The notes beneath the pieces were generated by a model. The model had not been told where the DNA came from. It saw only the letters and a list, made by a program, of their open reading frames with translations, and ran no database searches. A stretch of 64,000 nt of DNA. Source: Waterburya sp. (GTDB taxonomy: Bacteria; Cyanobacteriota; Cyanobacteriia; Cyanobacteriales; Xenococcaceae). Position numbers and translations under genes: made by a program. Positions within the stretch are counted from its first letter, which is position 1; each line of letters opens with the position of its first letter. Shown piece by piece: positions 30,273 through 40,468 of this stretch. The stretch covers positions 4,000,001-4,064,000 of the forward strand of contig CBDCJV010000002.1 of assembly GCA_965217895.1 (NCBI GenBank), written 5' to 3'.

Positions 30273-30513
30273 GAACTTGATCGAATACTTGAGCTTTGTT
30301 CAGAATACTTCTTACAGTTTGGCTAGGCTGCGCACCTTGTTCCAGCCTTTTGACGATGGCAGGAACATCAAGTTTAGTTTCATCTGTACGGGGGTTATAA
30401 AAACCAAGTTCTTCAATGGGGCGACCATCTCTGCGGGTTTTGCTCTCTATAGCTACAATACGATAGCTAACTTCTCTTTTTTTACCGAAGCGTTTCAAAC
30501 GTAATTTAATCAT
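30262..30513 (-). CDS. rpsP: 30S ribosomal protein S16
   Basis: [37 protein letters not shown]. Confidence 0.98.
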   Translation of the reverse strand: MIKLRLKRFGKKREVSYRIVAIESKTRRDGRPIEELGFYNPRTDETKLDVPAIVKRLEQGAQPSQTVRSILNKAQVFDQVHAK

Positions 30514-30593
30514 CAGTTATTCAAATTTGTCCTTTACGATTGTAATCTATCTATCTAGGTTTTCTCTAAAGTAAACTCAGACGACCTCTGATT

Positions 30594-32012
30594 TTACAAT
30601 GAGCCAAAGCCTTTTTTCTTCTTCTTTTTCTTTTTCCTTCTACCCTGATCTGGATAACCGCCTTCCATACCAGGCATTCCCATCCCGCCCATCCCAGGCA
30701 TTCCCATTCCAGGCATTCCACGACCCATGTTCTGCATCATCGAACGCATTTTGCCAAAGTCTTTGACCAATTTTGCCACGTCTTTTTCTTCAAAGCCAGA
30801 GCCTTTGGCTACTCGACGGCGACGGCCAGGAGATTGAGATAATAGATCGGGATCGGCTCTTTCGTCTTTGGTCATGGAATTGATCATCGACTCAGTAATT
30901 TTTAGCTGAGATTCTCCTTTGGCTAGGTCAGCACCGCTAATTTTTCCCATACCAGGAATTAGCTTGAGGACTCCACCTAATGAACCCATATTTTTGAGGA
31001 GACGCATTTGCTTAACAAAGTCATTAAAATCAAACTTTGCCTCCATGATTTTAGACTGCATCTTTTCGACATCAGCTAAATCAATTTCTTCTTGCGCTTT
31101 TTCTACCAGAGTTAGAATATCTCCCATATTTAAAATACGGGAAGCTAAACGGTCTGGATAAAAAGGTTCTAAAGCTTCTACTTTTTCTCCCACGCCCACA
31201 AACTTAATGGGTTGCCCTGATACCTGCCTGACGGACAGGGCTGCACCACCACGACTATCACCGTCCAGCTTGGTTAGAATTGCGCCTGTAATGCCAATTT
31301 GCTCTTGGAATGTATGGGTCAGATTAGCTGCTTCTTGCCCTGTCATTGCATCTACCACCAGCAGCGTATCATCGGGCTTGATGGCATCTTTGATGCGGGA
31401 TAGTTCCCCCATCATGTCTTGGTCTATTTGCAGTCGCCCTGCGGTATCAACAATTACTGTGTCTACTCCAAGCTCTTTGGCTTTTACTATCCCTTGGCGA
31501 GCAATTTCTACGGGATCTGCATCTGTCCCCATTTCAAACACGGGAACATTAATTTGATTGCCTAAAGTAAGCAACTGGTCGATTGCAGCAGGACGATATA
31601 CGTCTGTTCCTACCATCAGGCAAGAACGCTCTTGTTTACGCAAATATAGAGCTAATTTTGCAGTAGCGGTAGTTTTACCCGTTCCCTGCAAACCAGCCAT
31701 CAAGATTACTGTAGGCGGTTTGTCTGCTTGGGCAAGGGGTACATTGCTTTCCCCCATTACCTTGACTAGTTCGTCATAGACAATTTTGATAAACTGCTGT
31801 CCAGGGTTGACCCCAGAAATTACGCCTTCACCTAATGCCTTTGCTTCTACATCGGCGATAAAGGCTTTAACAACTTGGAGGTTAACATCGGCAGCCAAAA
31901 GAGCGCGACTTACTTCTTTTAAGGTGTCTTGGATATTGGCTTTAGATATCTTATTCTGACCACGCAGCTTTTTCCAGGCATCGTCCAACTTATCCGCTAG
32001 AGCATCAAACAT
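30594..32012 (-). CDS. ffh: Signal recognition particle protein
   Basis: GLQGTGKTT, DVYRPAA, DTAGR, TKLDGDSRGGAALS, RILNMGD, Met-rich M domain. Confidence 0.98.
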   Translation of the reverse strand: MFDALADKLDDAWKKLRGQNKISKANIQDTLKEVSRALLAADVNLQVVKAFIADVEAKALGEGVISGVNPGQQFIKIVYDELVKVMGESNVPLAQADKPPTVILMAGLQGTGKTTATAKLALYLRKQERSCLMVGTDVYRPAAIDQLLTLGNQINVPVFEMGTDADPVEIARQGIVKAKELGVDTVIVDTAGRLQIDQDMMGELSRIKDAIKPDDTLLVVDAMTGQEAANLTHTFQEQIGITGAILTKLDGDSRGGAALSVRQVSGQPIKFVGVGEKVEALEPFYPDRLASRILNMGDILTLVEKAQEEIDLADVEKMQSKIMEAKFDFNDFVKQMRLLKNMGSLGGVLKLIPGMGKISGADLAKGESQLKITESMINSMTKDERADPDLLSQSPGRRRRVAKGSGFEEKDVAKLVKDFGKMRSMMQNMGRGMPGMGMPGMGGMGMPGMEGGYPDQGRRKKKKKKKKGFGSL

Positions 32013-32097
32013 AGATTAATTTTATGATTTTAATTTTTCACTTATTTTAATAATTTTCAGGTATCGAGTGAGTCTTGGGCAATCTAATTTCTCTATT

Positions 32098-32118
32098 TAA
32101 CGCGAGTTCGGGATAAGA
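32098..32118. mobile_element. IS982-like terminal sequence remnant
   Basis: TAACGCGAGTTCGGGATAAG resembles, from recall, the ends of cyanobacterial IS982-family elements. A related AACTCACGTTA lies at 36807-36817. Confidence 0.45.
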
Positions 32119-32148
32119 ATATTAATCGAGACAGGTAGCTATAAGCCT

Positions 32149-32394
32149 GCACTGCCTGACACATTTCAGTAAAAGCCAATTGGAATGGCATTTAATTTCC
32201 TGAATACGACTAAACCGAATAACATCATAGTAATGCTCCCTAGCTTTCTGAGAAGCAAAGCAAGGTTGAACATCTTGAGAAAATAAAGCGGTGGGGACAA
32301 TAAGTCACGACCTTTATGCAAAACTTTTTTAAGCCATCTCATACCGATTTTGAGACAGCTAAGACTTTGTTTCCTGTTTCCAATGAGGATCTAC
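32149..32394 (-). pseudogene. Degenerate C-terminal fragment and end of an IS4-like transposase
   Basis: Minus-strand translation across frameshifts gives VDPHWK / LSCLKIGMRWLKKVLHKGRDLL / FSQDVQPCFASQKAREHYYDVIRFSRIQEIKC, followed by AAATGTGTCAGGCAGTGC. This resembles cyanobacterial transposase tails of the VDPHWxRGLSYLKIG type. Confidence 0.6.
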
Positions 32395-32484
32395 TTTTAT
32401 ATCTAAAGAACTGGTACTGCTCTTCCACTGCAAACAATTAAAAGGTGAATTAAGATAAAAATTCTGGAATTGAGCAACTAAAAG

Positions 32485-32512
32485 AAAGGATATTTTGAAC
32501 AAAATATCCTTT
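32485..32512 (-). terminator. Hairpin terminator downstream of the 2OG-Fe(II) oxygenase
   Basis: AAAGGATATTTTG-AA-CAAAATATCCTTT perfect inverted repeat. Confidence 0.65.
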
Positions 32513-32552
32513 TGCCAACGCTAGTTTTTGCGTAATTATCTAGTTTTTGAGC

Positions 32553-33353
32553 TTAACGACCCAAAATTCTTTTTAAGGCTTTCTTTTGTTGTGATGCCCA
32601 AAGTAAAGGAGTGCCGGCTTTTGACCACAGAGGCATAGGGATAGGAGACCAATAGTAAATCGAAAGTAGTCTACGGCTACGATTTAGAGGGCAAGTTAGA
32701 GGAGTAGGTACGCCGTGGAAAGTTTTAGCAGTAGTGGGAAAAATAATGGTGCGGTTGAAATAAGGGGTATAACTAACCAGATCTTGAGGATCGTGAGGGT
32801 TTTGTAATGCTAATTCTCCGCCCCAACTGCTGTCCCAATCTTCATTAAGATAAATCAACAGGTTAAAGCGACGCATCAATGGCAAAGAAAAATGCTTGGT
32901 ATAGTCGGCGTGGATTTCTAACCAACCACCTTGGTACATTTCATGTAAACCTGCTCCAAAAAACAAAGGATCGCCCACCAAGTTTTCTACACCGACAATT
33001 CCTTCTATGGCACGAATAAAATCTTTTGAATTTAGCCAGAGACAAAACATTTGTGTAAACATCGATAGACCATCGATACCCTTAGAAGTAGTTTTTAACT
33101 CATGGGCAGTATCCCAAACTATCCAGTCTCGCTCTTTTGATTTGGGAAAATCTGCCACTAAGCGATTTAGTGTCTCAGGTTCAAAAAGATTATCAATAAC
33201 TAAATGAGGATATGGCTTTCCTTGAAGATAAGACTCTTTTAAAGAATCTGATTGAAGACGTAAACGGTCTAAAGTCGAAGTAAAGGTAGACAAACGTATA
33301 ATTTCATTGTCATTTTCTAAATCCAAGGAAGACATATTAACTTCAGTATTCAT
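32553..33353 (-). CDS. 2OG-Fe(II) oxygenase (prolyl-hydroxylase-like)
   Basis: PYPHLVIDN, GAGLH, IHADY (HxD), NLLIYLNEDW, GGEL, FNR, FHG, RRLLSIYY. Confidence 0.9.
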   Translation of the reverse strand: MNTEVNMSSLDLENDNEIIRLSTFTSTLDRLRLQSDSLKESYLQGKPYPHLVIDNLFEPETLNRLVADFPKSKERDWIVWDTAHELKTTSKGIDGLSMFTQMFCLWLNSKDFIRAIEGIVGVENLVGDPLFFGAGLHEMYQGGWLEIHADYTKHFSLPLMRRFNLLIYLNEDWDSSWGGELALQNPHDPQDLVSYTPYFNRTIIFPTTAKTFHGVPTPLTCPLNRSRRLLSIYYWSPIPMPLWSKAGTPLLWASQQKKALKRILGR

Positions 33354-33419
33354 AATATAGTTTTCTAAAATAATTAGGTTTTAATTTTCACCAACCTAAC
33401 AGACGATCATTTCAAGGTC

Positions 33420-33446
33420 ATGACAATTTTATGACAATAATGACAA
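33420..33446 (-). promoter_or_regulatory. Triple TTGTCAT direct repeat, candidate OmpR/PhoB-family binding site
   Basis: ATGACAA at 33420, 33431 and 33440 (first two 11 nt apart), about 70-90 nt upstream of the oxygenase start. Confidence 0.55.
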
Positions 33447-33489
33447 ACACTTACTTCTTAAAAAGGCACTTAGTAAACGATGACACGCC

Positions 33490-34593
33490 TCAAGAACGAA
33501 ATTTTCTAACAGGCAAGAAAAATTTAAAAGTACTGCCTACTCCTAACTGGCTGATAACAAATATTTCTCCTCCGTGAAGTTCTACCAAACGACGACTGAT
33601 GGCTAAACCAATACCTGTACCACCATATTTCTGGGAGCGGGATTTTGACGATCGCCAGAAGCGTTGAAACACATGAGCTAATTCTTCTTCAGGAATTCCC
33701 GAGCCAGTATCGGTCAGGGAAATCCAGACTCGATCAATATCAAACCAAGCATTGAGGGTAATCTGACCTTGAGGAGTATGGCGAATGGCGTTACTCAGCA
33801 AATTAACCAAAATCTGTTCTAGGCGATCGCTGTCTGCCATAATGTAGGGCAAATGATTAGGACAGTCTAAGCTTAAAGTGCGATCGCTATCTAATAATTG
33901 ATCGCTAAACTTTTCGACTAAGGGTTTAAGAATAGAGCGCAGGTTTACTGGACGCAAATTGATAGCCAGGTTTCCTGCTTCGGCTTGAGATAGTTCTTGT
34001 AGATCATTAACCAAACGCTGAAGACGCTTGGTTTCACGAATTAGCCGAGCATAAATTTGCGAGTTTGCCAGAATAATACCATCGGCAATCTCTTCTAAAC
34101 GTCCACGAATTATGGTCAGAGGTGTTCGTAACTCATGGGTAAGGTCGTCAATAATTTCTCGCCTTCTCTGTTCTACATCCTCTAAACTAGCTGCCATACG
34201 ATTAAAACCCATGGCAAGGCGATCTAATTCAGGAATTTCTAAATGGGGCATTCTTTCATTTAACTTACCGTCGGCAAATTTATCAACAATACTTTCCATT
34301 TGATTTAATGGCTGGACAATTCGCTTGGCAATCCAATAGCTAAGGATTCCTGCTGCTAAAGTACCGATTAAAAATGACCAAAAATTACCTCTAGCCCAAG
34401 CTGTCTTAAATACTTCTAAAAGCAAAGAATTGGCAGTATATATACTTAAGTCTTTTCCTTCTAAACTTCTGACCTGAAATAGAAAAAATCGGGGGGAAAA
34501 AAAGTTCCCCACTATGGAAGAGGCTGTCACCCCTACAACAGTCACCAAAATATGGGAAAAAAAAAGTCGTGCCTGTAAATTCAGCTTTCTCAT
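33490..34593 (-). CDS. HAMP-domain sensor histidine kinase (BaeS-like)
   Basis: Likely start is ATG 34593 (MRKLNL). Two TM segments, HAMP domain, LTHELRTPLT, NLLSNAIRHT, DTGSGI, GGTGIGL. Confidence 0.93.
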   Translation of the reverse strand: MRKLNLQARLFFSHILVTVVGVTASSIVGNFFSPRFFLFQVRSLEGKDLSIYTANSLLLEVFKTAWARGNFWSFLIGTLAAGILSYWIAKRIVQPLNQMESIVDKFADGKLNERMPHLEIPELDRLAMGFNRMAASLEDVEQRRREIIDDLTHELRTPLTIIRGRLEEIADGIILANSQIYARLIRETKRLQRLVNDLQELSQAEAGNLAINLRPVNLRSILKPLVEKFSDQLLDSDRTLSLDCPNHLPYIMADSDRLEQILVNLLSNAIRHTPQGQITLNAWFDIDRVWISLTDTGSGIPEEELAHVFQRFWRSSKSRSQKYGGTGIGLAISRRLVELHGGEIFVISQLGVGSTFKFFLPVRKFRS

Positions 34594-34612
34594 TTTGCTC
34601 TGGCTAAAATGA

Positions 34613-35314
34613 CTATAAGTCTTCAAATTTATAACCCACGCCGACAACAGTTTGAATAAAGATTGGTTTACTGGCATGGGGTTCAACTTTCTTACGTAGT
34701 CTAGCTATATGAGTATCAATCACTCTTTCTTCTCCAAAGAAATCATCACCCCAGAGCTTTTCAATTAGCTGTCCCCTTTCCCAAACTCTGCCTGGATGTT
34801 TGATAAACAAAGCCATGAGCTTAAATTCAGAAGAAGATAAATCTAACTGTTCTATTGATTCAGAATCCAAGTGGCGATTAATACAGTGCTGTTCTAGGTC
34901 AATAGTAAAAGATTTGGTTTTAATCAATCCCTGGCGATCGCTTTCTCGCAAACGACGACGTAATAAAGCTCGCACCCTGGCCACTAATTCTCTAGGGCTA
35001 AAAGGTTTGATGTAATAATCATCAGCCCCTGTAGACAAACCGATGATGCGATCAATTTCTTCCCCCCTAGAAGTCAACATCAAAATATAAGGGTCATTAG
35101 CCGCTGATTTTTGGCGAATTTGGGTGCATATTTCTAAACCATCTATTCCAGGAAGTCTAATATCGAGAATAATTAAGTCAGGCTGTAGTTCAGCAAAAAG
35201 CTGTAAAGCTGCATCACCATTATGACAGACGCAACAAGAAAACCCTTCTGCTACCAAACATTCTTGAATGATTTGGGCTATCTCACGTTCGTCTTCAACG
35301 ATTAAAATCTCCAT
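34613..35314 (-). CDS. OmpR-family response regulator
   Basis: ILIVEDE, LDIRLPG, GADDYYIKPF, RVIDTHIARLRKK, IQTVVGVGYKF. Confidence 0.95.
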   Translation of the reverse strand: MEILIVEDEREIAQIIQECLVAEGFSCCVCHNGDAALQLFAELQPDLIILDIRLPGIDGLEICTQIRQKSAANDPYILMLTSRGEEIDRIIGLSTGADDYYIKPFSPRELVARVRALLRRRLRESDRQGLIKTKSFTIDLEQHCINRHLDSESIEQLDLSSSEFKLMALFIKHPGRVWERGQLIEKLWGDDFFGEERVIDTHIARLRKKVEPHASKPIFIQTVVGVGYKFEDL

Positions 35315-35461
35315 AGTTAGGCAAATTACCTTTTTTATGATTTAAGCATTTGATATTTAATTGCACCTTCACAGTTATGTAATTTTATGATCTTTCCTGG
35401 AACGAGTAAAAAACACAATGCTAAAAAGTATTATAATTATCCTAAATTTTTAAGAAATAAT

Positions 35462-35866
35462 ATGGCTGATATTGTTGATATTGCGGTGAACACAGAGGGT
35501 TTTAGTACATTGGTTGCTGCGGTTAAGGCAGCTAATTTGGTAGAAACCTTGAAAACGCCAGGACCATTTACCGTTTTCGCGCCCAATGATGCTGCCTTCG
35601 CCAAGCTACCTCCAGGCACAGTTCAAACCTTGGTTCAGAATCCGCCTCAATTAGCCAGAATACTAACTTATCATGTGGTTGCTGGGAAATTAACCAAGGC
35701 AGATTTGAGTCAGGTAGATTCTGTAGATTCTGTAGAAGGTTCGCCAATTTCAATCAATTGTAACGATGATACTTTTGAAGTAAAAAATGCTACCGCGATC
35801 GCAGCAGATATTGAGGCTGACAACGGCATTATTCATGTAATTGATAACGTTATTTTGATGGGATGA
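35462..35866 (+). CDS. Fasciclin (FAS1) domain protein
   Basis: Likely start is ATG 35462 (MADIVDIAV). Motifs [30 protein letters not shown]. Confidence 0.93.
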   Translation: MADIVDIAVNTEGFSTLVAAVKAANLVETLKTPGPFTVFAPNDAAFAKLPPGTVQTLVQNPPQLARILTYHVVAGKLTKADLSQVDSVDSVEGSPISINCNDDTFEVKNATAIAADIEADNGIIHVIDNVILMG

Positions 35867-36079
35867 CACTAGGGAGACTCCGCTCAAGTGGGCGAGAGAC
35901 TCCTAATAAAAATATTATTTGCTCTGCTGACCTATCTGCGAAATATCTGTTAGAAGTATAAAATCGAAAGCTTGGCTTAGTATTAAACATTAAATAACAA
36001 AACGGGGAGAGTAAAGGTATACGTTATTGTTTTAGGCTTTACTTTCCTCGTCTTTTTTACTTGTGGTTAAAGCAAGTAG

Positions 36080-36460
36080 TTAGTCTAGATATCCCATAAG
36101 ACTAGCAGTCTCATCTGATTCATTAGATGCTATGGGGCGATTTCCCATAATATAAGAGTCGCTGATTTGAAGAGTGCTAGCTGCAATAGGACGATTTCCT
36201 GATATGGCCAGAGTACTACTAAATTCAACAGTACCTTTGGAAACTGGACGATCCGAGCCGACAGAAGAATAGGTGTGAACTATTTCTATGTGACTTGGTT
36301 CAATGGGTCTATTTTGAGGTAGCATTGCCCTAGGCTGAACCGATAAGGCTAAGGCTTTGTCATCTGTCTTAGCAGCTTTGGCTTTAGTAGCTGTAGTAGC
36401 TGTGGTTTTGGTACTGGTTTCTTTTGTCTGAGTACTGCTGGTTTTATTTTCTTCAGCCAT
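36080..36460 (-). CDS. Small hypothetical protein with four internal xRP[IV] repeats
   Basis: AGGAG ribosome-binding site; Thr/Lys-rich N-terminus; QNRPI, SDRPV, GNRPI, GNRPI. Confidence 0.7.
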   Translation of the reverse strand: MAEENKTSSTQTKETSTKTTATTATKAKAAKTDDKALALSVQPRAMLPQNRPIEPSHIEIVHTYSSVGSDRPVSKGTVEFSSTLAISGNRPIAASTLQISDSYIMGNRPIASNESDETASLMGYLD

Positions 36461-36827
36461 TAGGATTATCTCCTGAACTTGATTTGATAAAGTTATTGGT
36501 TAAGTTACTAATTATCGATTACTTTTATTTTTTTTTAATAACTTCTCTTATTCTTGCATTCTCTGGATTTGACGACAAGAGTTAGTTAATCAGAATAAGT
36601 TTTGGCTATATTTACTACTGTTTATAGTTTAGGACTTACTCACCCAGTTTTCGGCTGAGACAATATGTTCCTCAATGTCCGATTGAATTGAATTGGTTTT
36701 GCCTCTTTGACGATTCTTTTCTGCTGTAATCATCATCTCACGGCTTTTCGGTATTTTTGACCTCCGACCTCTGACCCCTCATAGTTTAAGATTGAGGTAT
36801 TCATCAAACTCACGTTACTGTTAATCT

Positions 36828-38168
36828 ATGAACAACGCCAGCAAAAAATATAACATCGTCACCTTCGGTTGCCAGATGAATAAAGCTGATTCTGAGCGCA
36901 TGGCTGGCGTATTGGAAAATATGGGTTTTGAAGCTTCAGAAGATCCTAATCTGGCAGACTTGGTTCTCTATAATACCTGTACTATTAGGGACAATGCTGA
37001 ACAAAAGGTTTATTCTTACTTAGGCAGACAGGCAAAACGTAAGCATCAACAACCAGAACTAACTTTAGTTGTGGCGGGATGTGTAGCACAACAGGAAGGG
37101 GAAAAGCTTCTACGCCGTGTTCCAGAATTAGATTTGGTCATGGGACCACAACACGCCAATCGCTTGGAAGATCTGCTGCAACAGGTTTTTGATGGTAGTC
37201 AGGTAGTTGCAACCGAGTCGATTCAGATTGTCGAAGATATTACTAAACCCCGTCGCGATAGTGATGTTACTGCTTGGGTAAATATAATTTATGGCTGCAA
37301 TGAACGGTGTAGTTACTGCGTCGTGCCTAACGTAAGGGGTACAGAGCAGTCTCGCACCCCTGAAGCTATTAGAGCCGAAATGGAGGAATTGAGCCAACAG
37401 GGATATAAAGAGATTACTTTATTAGGACAAAATATTGATGCCTACGGCAGAGATTTACCAGGTAGCACTCCCGAAGGCAGACATAAGCATACTCTGACGG
37501 ATTTACTTTACTATGTTCACGATCTTCCTGGGGTCGATCGCCTGAGATTTGCCACTAGCCATCCTCGTTATTTTACCGAAAGATTAATCGAGGCTTGTAA
37601 AGAATTGCCTAATGTCTGCGAACACTTTCATATTCCTTTTCAGTCAGGAGACAATAATATTCTCAAGGCAATGAAGCGGGGTTATACCCACGAGAAATAT
37701 CGTCGCATCATTAAGACTATTCGCGAATATATGCCCGATGCTTCGATTACCGCTGATGCTATTGTGGGTTTTCCTGGTGAAACAGAAGCACAGTTTGAAA
37801 ATACTCTCAAGCTAGTAGAAGATATCGAATTCGATCTAATTAACACTGCGGCATATTCTCCTCGCCCTGGCACTCCTGCTGCTTTGTGGTCTAATCAGTT
37901 GAGCGAAGAGGTAAAAAGCGATCGCCTTCAGCGTTTAAATCGTCTAGTTTCTGTCTGCGCTGAAGCCCGTTCTCAGCGTTATTTGGGAAGAGTTGAAGAG
38001 ATCTTAGTCGAAGCCCAAAACACTAAAGATCCTCATCAGGTTATGGGTCGAACCAGAGGTAATCGCCTGACATTTTTCCCTGGCAATATTGAAGAACTAA
38101 AAGGTAAGACCGTAAAAGTAAAAATTACTGAAATTCGCTCTTTTAGTTTGACTGGAGAAATTATTTAG
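36828..38168 (+). CDS. miaB: tRNA (i6A37) methylthiotransferase
   Basis: [32 protein letters not shown] radical-SAM motif, TSHPRY, C-terminal TRAM domain. Confidence 0.97.
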   Translation: MNNASKKYNIVTFGCQMNKADSERMAGVLENMGFEASEDPNLADLVLYNTCTIRDNAEQKVYSYLGRQAKRKHQQPELTLVVAGCVAQQEGEKLLRRVPELDLVMGPQHANRLEDLLQQVFDGSQVVATESIQIVEDITKPRRDSDVTAWVNIIYGCNERCSYCVVPNVRGTEQSRTPEAIRAEMEELSQQGYKEITLLGQNIDAYGRDLPGSTPEGRHKHTLTDLLYYVHDLPGVDRLRFATSHPRYFTERLIEACKELPNVCEHFHIPFQSGDNNILKAMKRGYTHEKYRRIIKTIREYMPDASITADAIVGFPGETEAQFENTLKLVEDIEFDLINTAAYSPRPGTPAALWSNQLSEEVKSDRLQRLNRLVSVCAEARSQRYLGRVEEILVEAQNTKDPHQVMGRTRGNRLTFFPGNIEELKGKTVKVKITEIRSFSLTGEII

Positions 38169-38220
38169 ACTGATAAAAAGAAAACACCGCAAGGTAGGGA
38201 TAGATAGTGATTTAATTCAT

Positions 38221-38481
38221 ATAGGACTTACGCACTCGCCCCCTAAATCCCCCAAGGCGAGCGACCCCCGCGCATGGTTCAGCAGTTTGCTTATGCCAGG
38301 GAACCTGTCCACCGCAACTGCTTCACCGCGTCGCCGTCAGGCGCAAGCGTCCGACACGAGGGCATCCCTAAACGGGAAGCCACGCGGACTTGGGAATGCG
38401 CGAGAGGGGGACTTTTAATTCTTGTTCCCCCAAACTTGGGGGGCTAGGGGGGCAAAACTCGTTAAACTGCGTAAGTCCTAT
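38221..38481. mobile_element. MITE-like element with 14-bp terminal inverted repeats and nested GC-rich repeats
   Basis: ATAGGACTTACGCA ... TGCGTAAGTCCTAT. The interior is GC-rich against AT-rich flanks and has no ORF. Confidence 0.8.
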
Positions 38482-38521
38482 CATACTAATAAACTGTTAG
38501 TTTTTTTAAAAAAGGTCTATT

Positions 38522-38974
38522 ATGGTTGAAATTAGTCATGAAACGCCAATCCAAACAGAAAATAGGCTGTTAAAAGTTATCGCTCAAAGTGAAAATTTAA
38601 ACTTTTTGCAAAAAGCTATACTTTTGAAGAATTTCTCCTAGATAATTTTTCTAACTTAGCTCGTCAAGATGCGTTAGCATTGTTTAGAGATAATCAAGTC
38701 TGGAGTCAATTAGTACCTTCGAGTAACTCTACTCAAGAACAATTCAAAGTATTTTCATTTCACTTTCAAGATTGCACCGACAATAGTGGTTTTGTTGGTT
38801 GGCTGGCTAGCCATCTAAAAACTAAGTTAGGTACTGGTGTCTTTGTTACCTGCGGGCAAAATATCAAGCGTGGTGGTATCTTCGACTATTGGGGGTTGTC
38901 CATTAGAGATTTCTGAGGATTTAATTAGTGAAATTGAGCAGTTAATCGTTAAAGGAAAAAAATTGCATTTCTAA
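38522..38974 (+). pseudogene. Doubly frameshifted gene, DUF6196-like
   Basis: Three frames join into one plausible protein: MVEISHETPIQTENRLLKVIAQSE / FKLFAKSYTFEEF...DNSGFVGWLASHLK...GVFVTCGQN..RGGIFDYWG / CPLEISEDLISEIEQLI. The shifts fall at an A4 run (~38592) and a G5 run (~38891). Confidence 0.7.
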
Positions 38975-38978
38975 CTAA

Positions 38979-39383
<405 letters not shown>

Positions 39384-39537
39384 GGCGATCGCACATATTA
39401 AATATTATTTGGTGAGTAATTAGTTATTTACGATCGGCTTGGTCATCTAAAGAAAAGCGATCGCCATATTACTAAATTGGATTTTCTTCGTTGACAACTA
39501 AAATACCTGTGCGAATTCTTGTATATGTCATTATGAG

Positions 39538-40326
39538 CTAAAATGCAGTCAAAAAGAACAATATCAAAGCTTCACTCCATTCTACTACCGCACCATAAGT
39601 ATCTCCTGTGTGTCCGCCGAGCTGTTTGTTGAACCAATATCCAGTTAAAAGTGCGATCGCGCTATTCCCTAACACAATTACTCCTACTTGCCACCAGGAT
39701 AAATAGCCTACGGTAAACCATAAACCGCTACAGGCTAATAAAATAGACAAACTCAGCAGTATATCTTGGGGTAAGCGTAAGTTTTCCTTATGAAATGAAC
39801 CTTTTCCTGTTGCTCGCAGATAAGGATAAAAAGCGATCGCACATACCTGTCCCCATCTTGCCCAACCTGTTGCTGAGATTAATACAAGCCAAATAGGCAA
39901 AGACATATCAGATAGAGCTACAGTTTTTAATAACAGGATGATTATTGCTGCGATCGCGCCAAATGCTCCTGTTGCACTGTCTTTCATTACTTCTAGTTGG
40001 CGTTCTTTGTCCGTTACAGACAAACCATCAGCCGTATCCATTGCCCCATCAAGATGTAAACCACCTGTAATACCTACCCAGACTGTCACAATTAGAGCTT
40101 TGCTAGTTAAGTTTGGTAATCCAGCAAAAACTAGCAGCATATTCAATAAAGCCAGCAATAATCCGATCAGTAAGCCAATTACAGGACACCAACGAGCAAT
40201 TCGTGACCAGTTGTTAGTCCACGGAGAAGGCAGAGGAACAACAGTATAAAATATGACACCGCTATTAAAGGAAGTGATTGAGTCATTGATCCATGACAAA
40301 AAAAATTTAATAGGTATTTTTAACAT
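39538..40326 (-). CDS. cobS: Adenosylcobinamide-GDP ribazoletransferase
   Basis: TGGLHLDGAMDTADG, MKDSATGAFG, GGHTGDTYGA. Confidence 0.95.
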   Translation of the reverse strand: MLKIPIKFFLSWINDSITSFNSGVIFYTVVPLPSPWTNNWSRIARWCPVIGLLIGLLLALLNMLLVFAGLPNLTSKALIVTVWVGITGGLHLDGAMDTADGLSVTDKERQLEVMKDSATGAFGAIAAIIILLLKTVALSDMSLPIWLVLISATGWARWGQVCAIAFYPYLRATGKGSFHKENLRLPQDILLSLSILLACSGLWFTVGYLSWWQVGVIVLGNSAIALLTGYWFNKQLGGHTGDTYGAVVEWSEALILFFLTAF

Positions 40327-40468
40327 GGATAAATTCTTGATTAAAATTAGATTAAATACAGGGGAAATATTGGGCTACTATTATTTAATAAGCTACTTTA
40401 TTTTTACAGCATATTTCTAACCAAAAATTTTCAAACTCAGGTAATTTGAAGATTCAAATATAATTCCT

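Noticed and set aside
30660..30730. Repetitive CCCATTCCAGGCATT sequence
   Set aside because: It encodes the ordinary GMPGMG low-complexity tail of Ffh.
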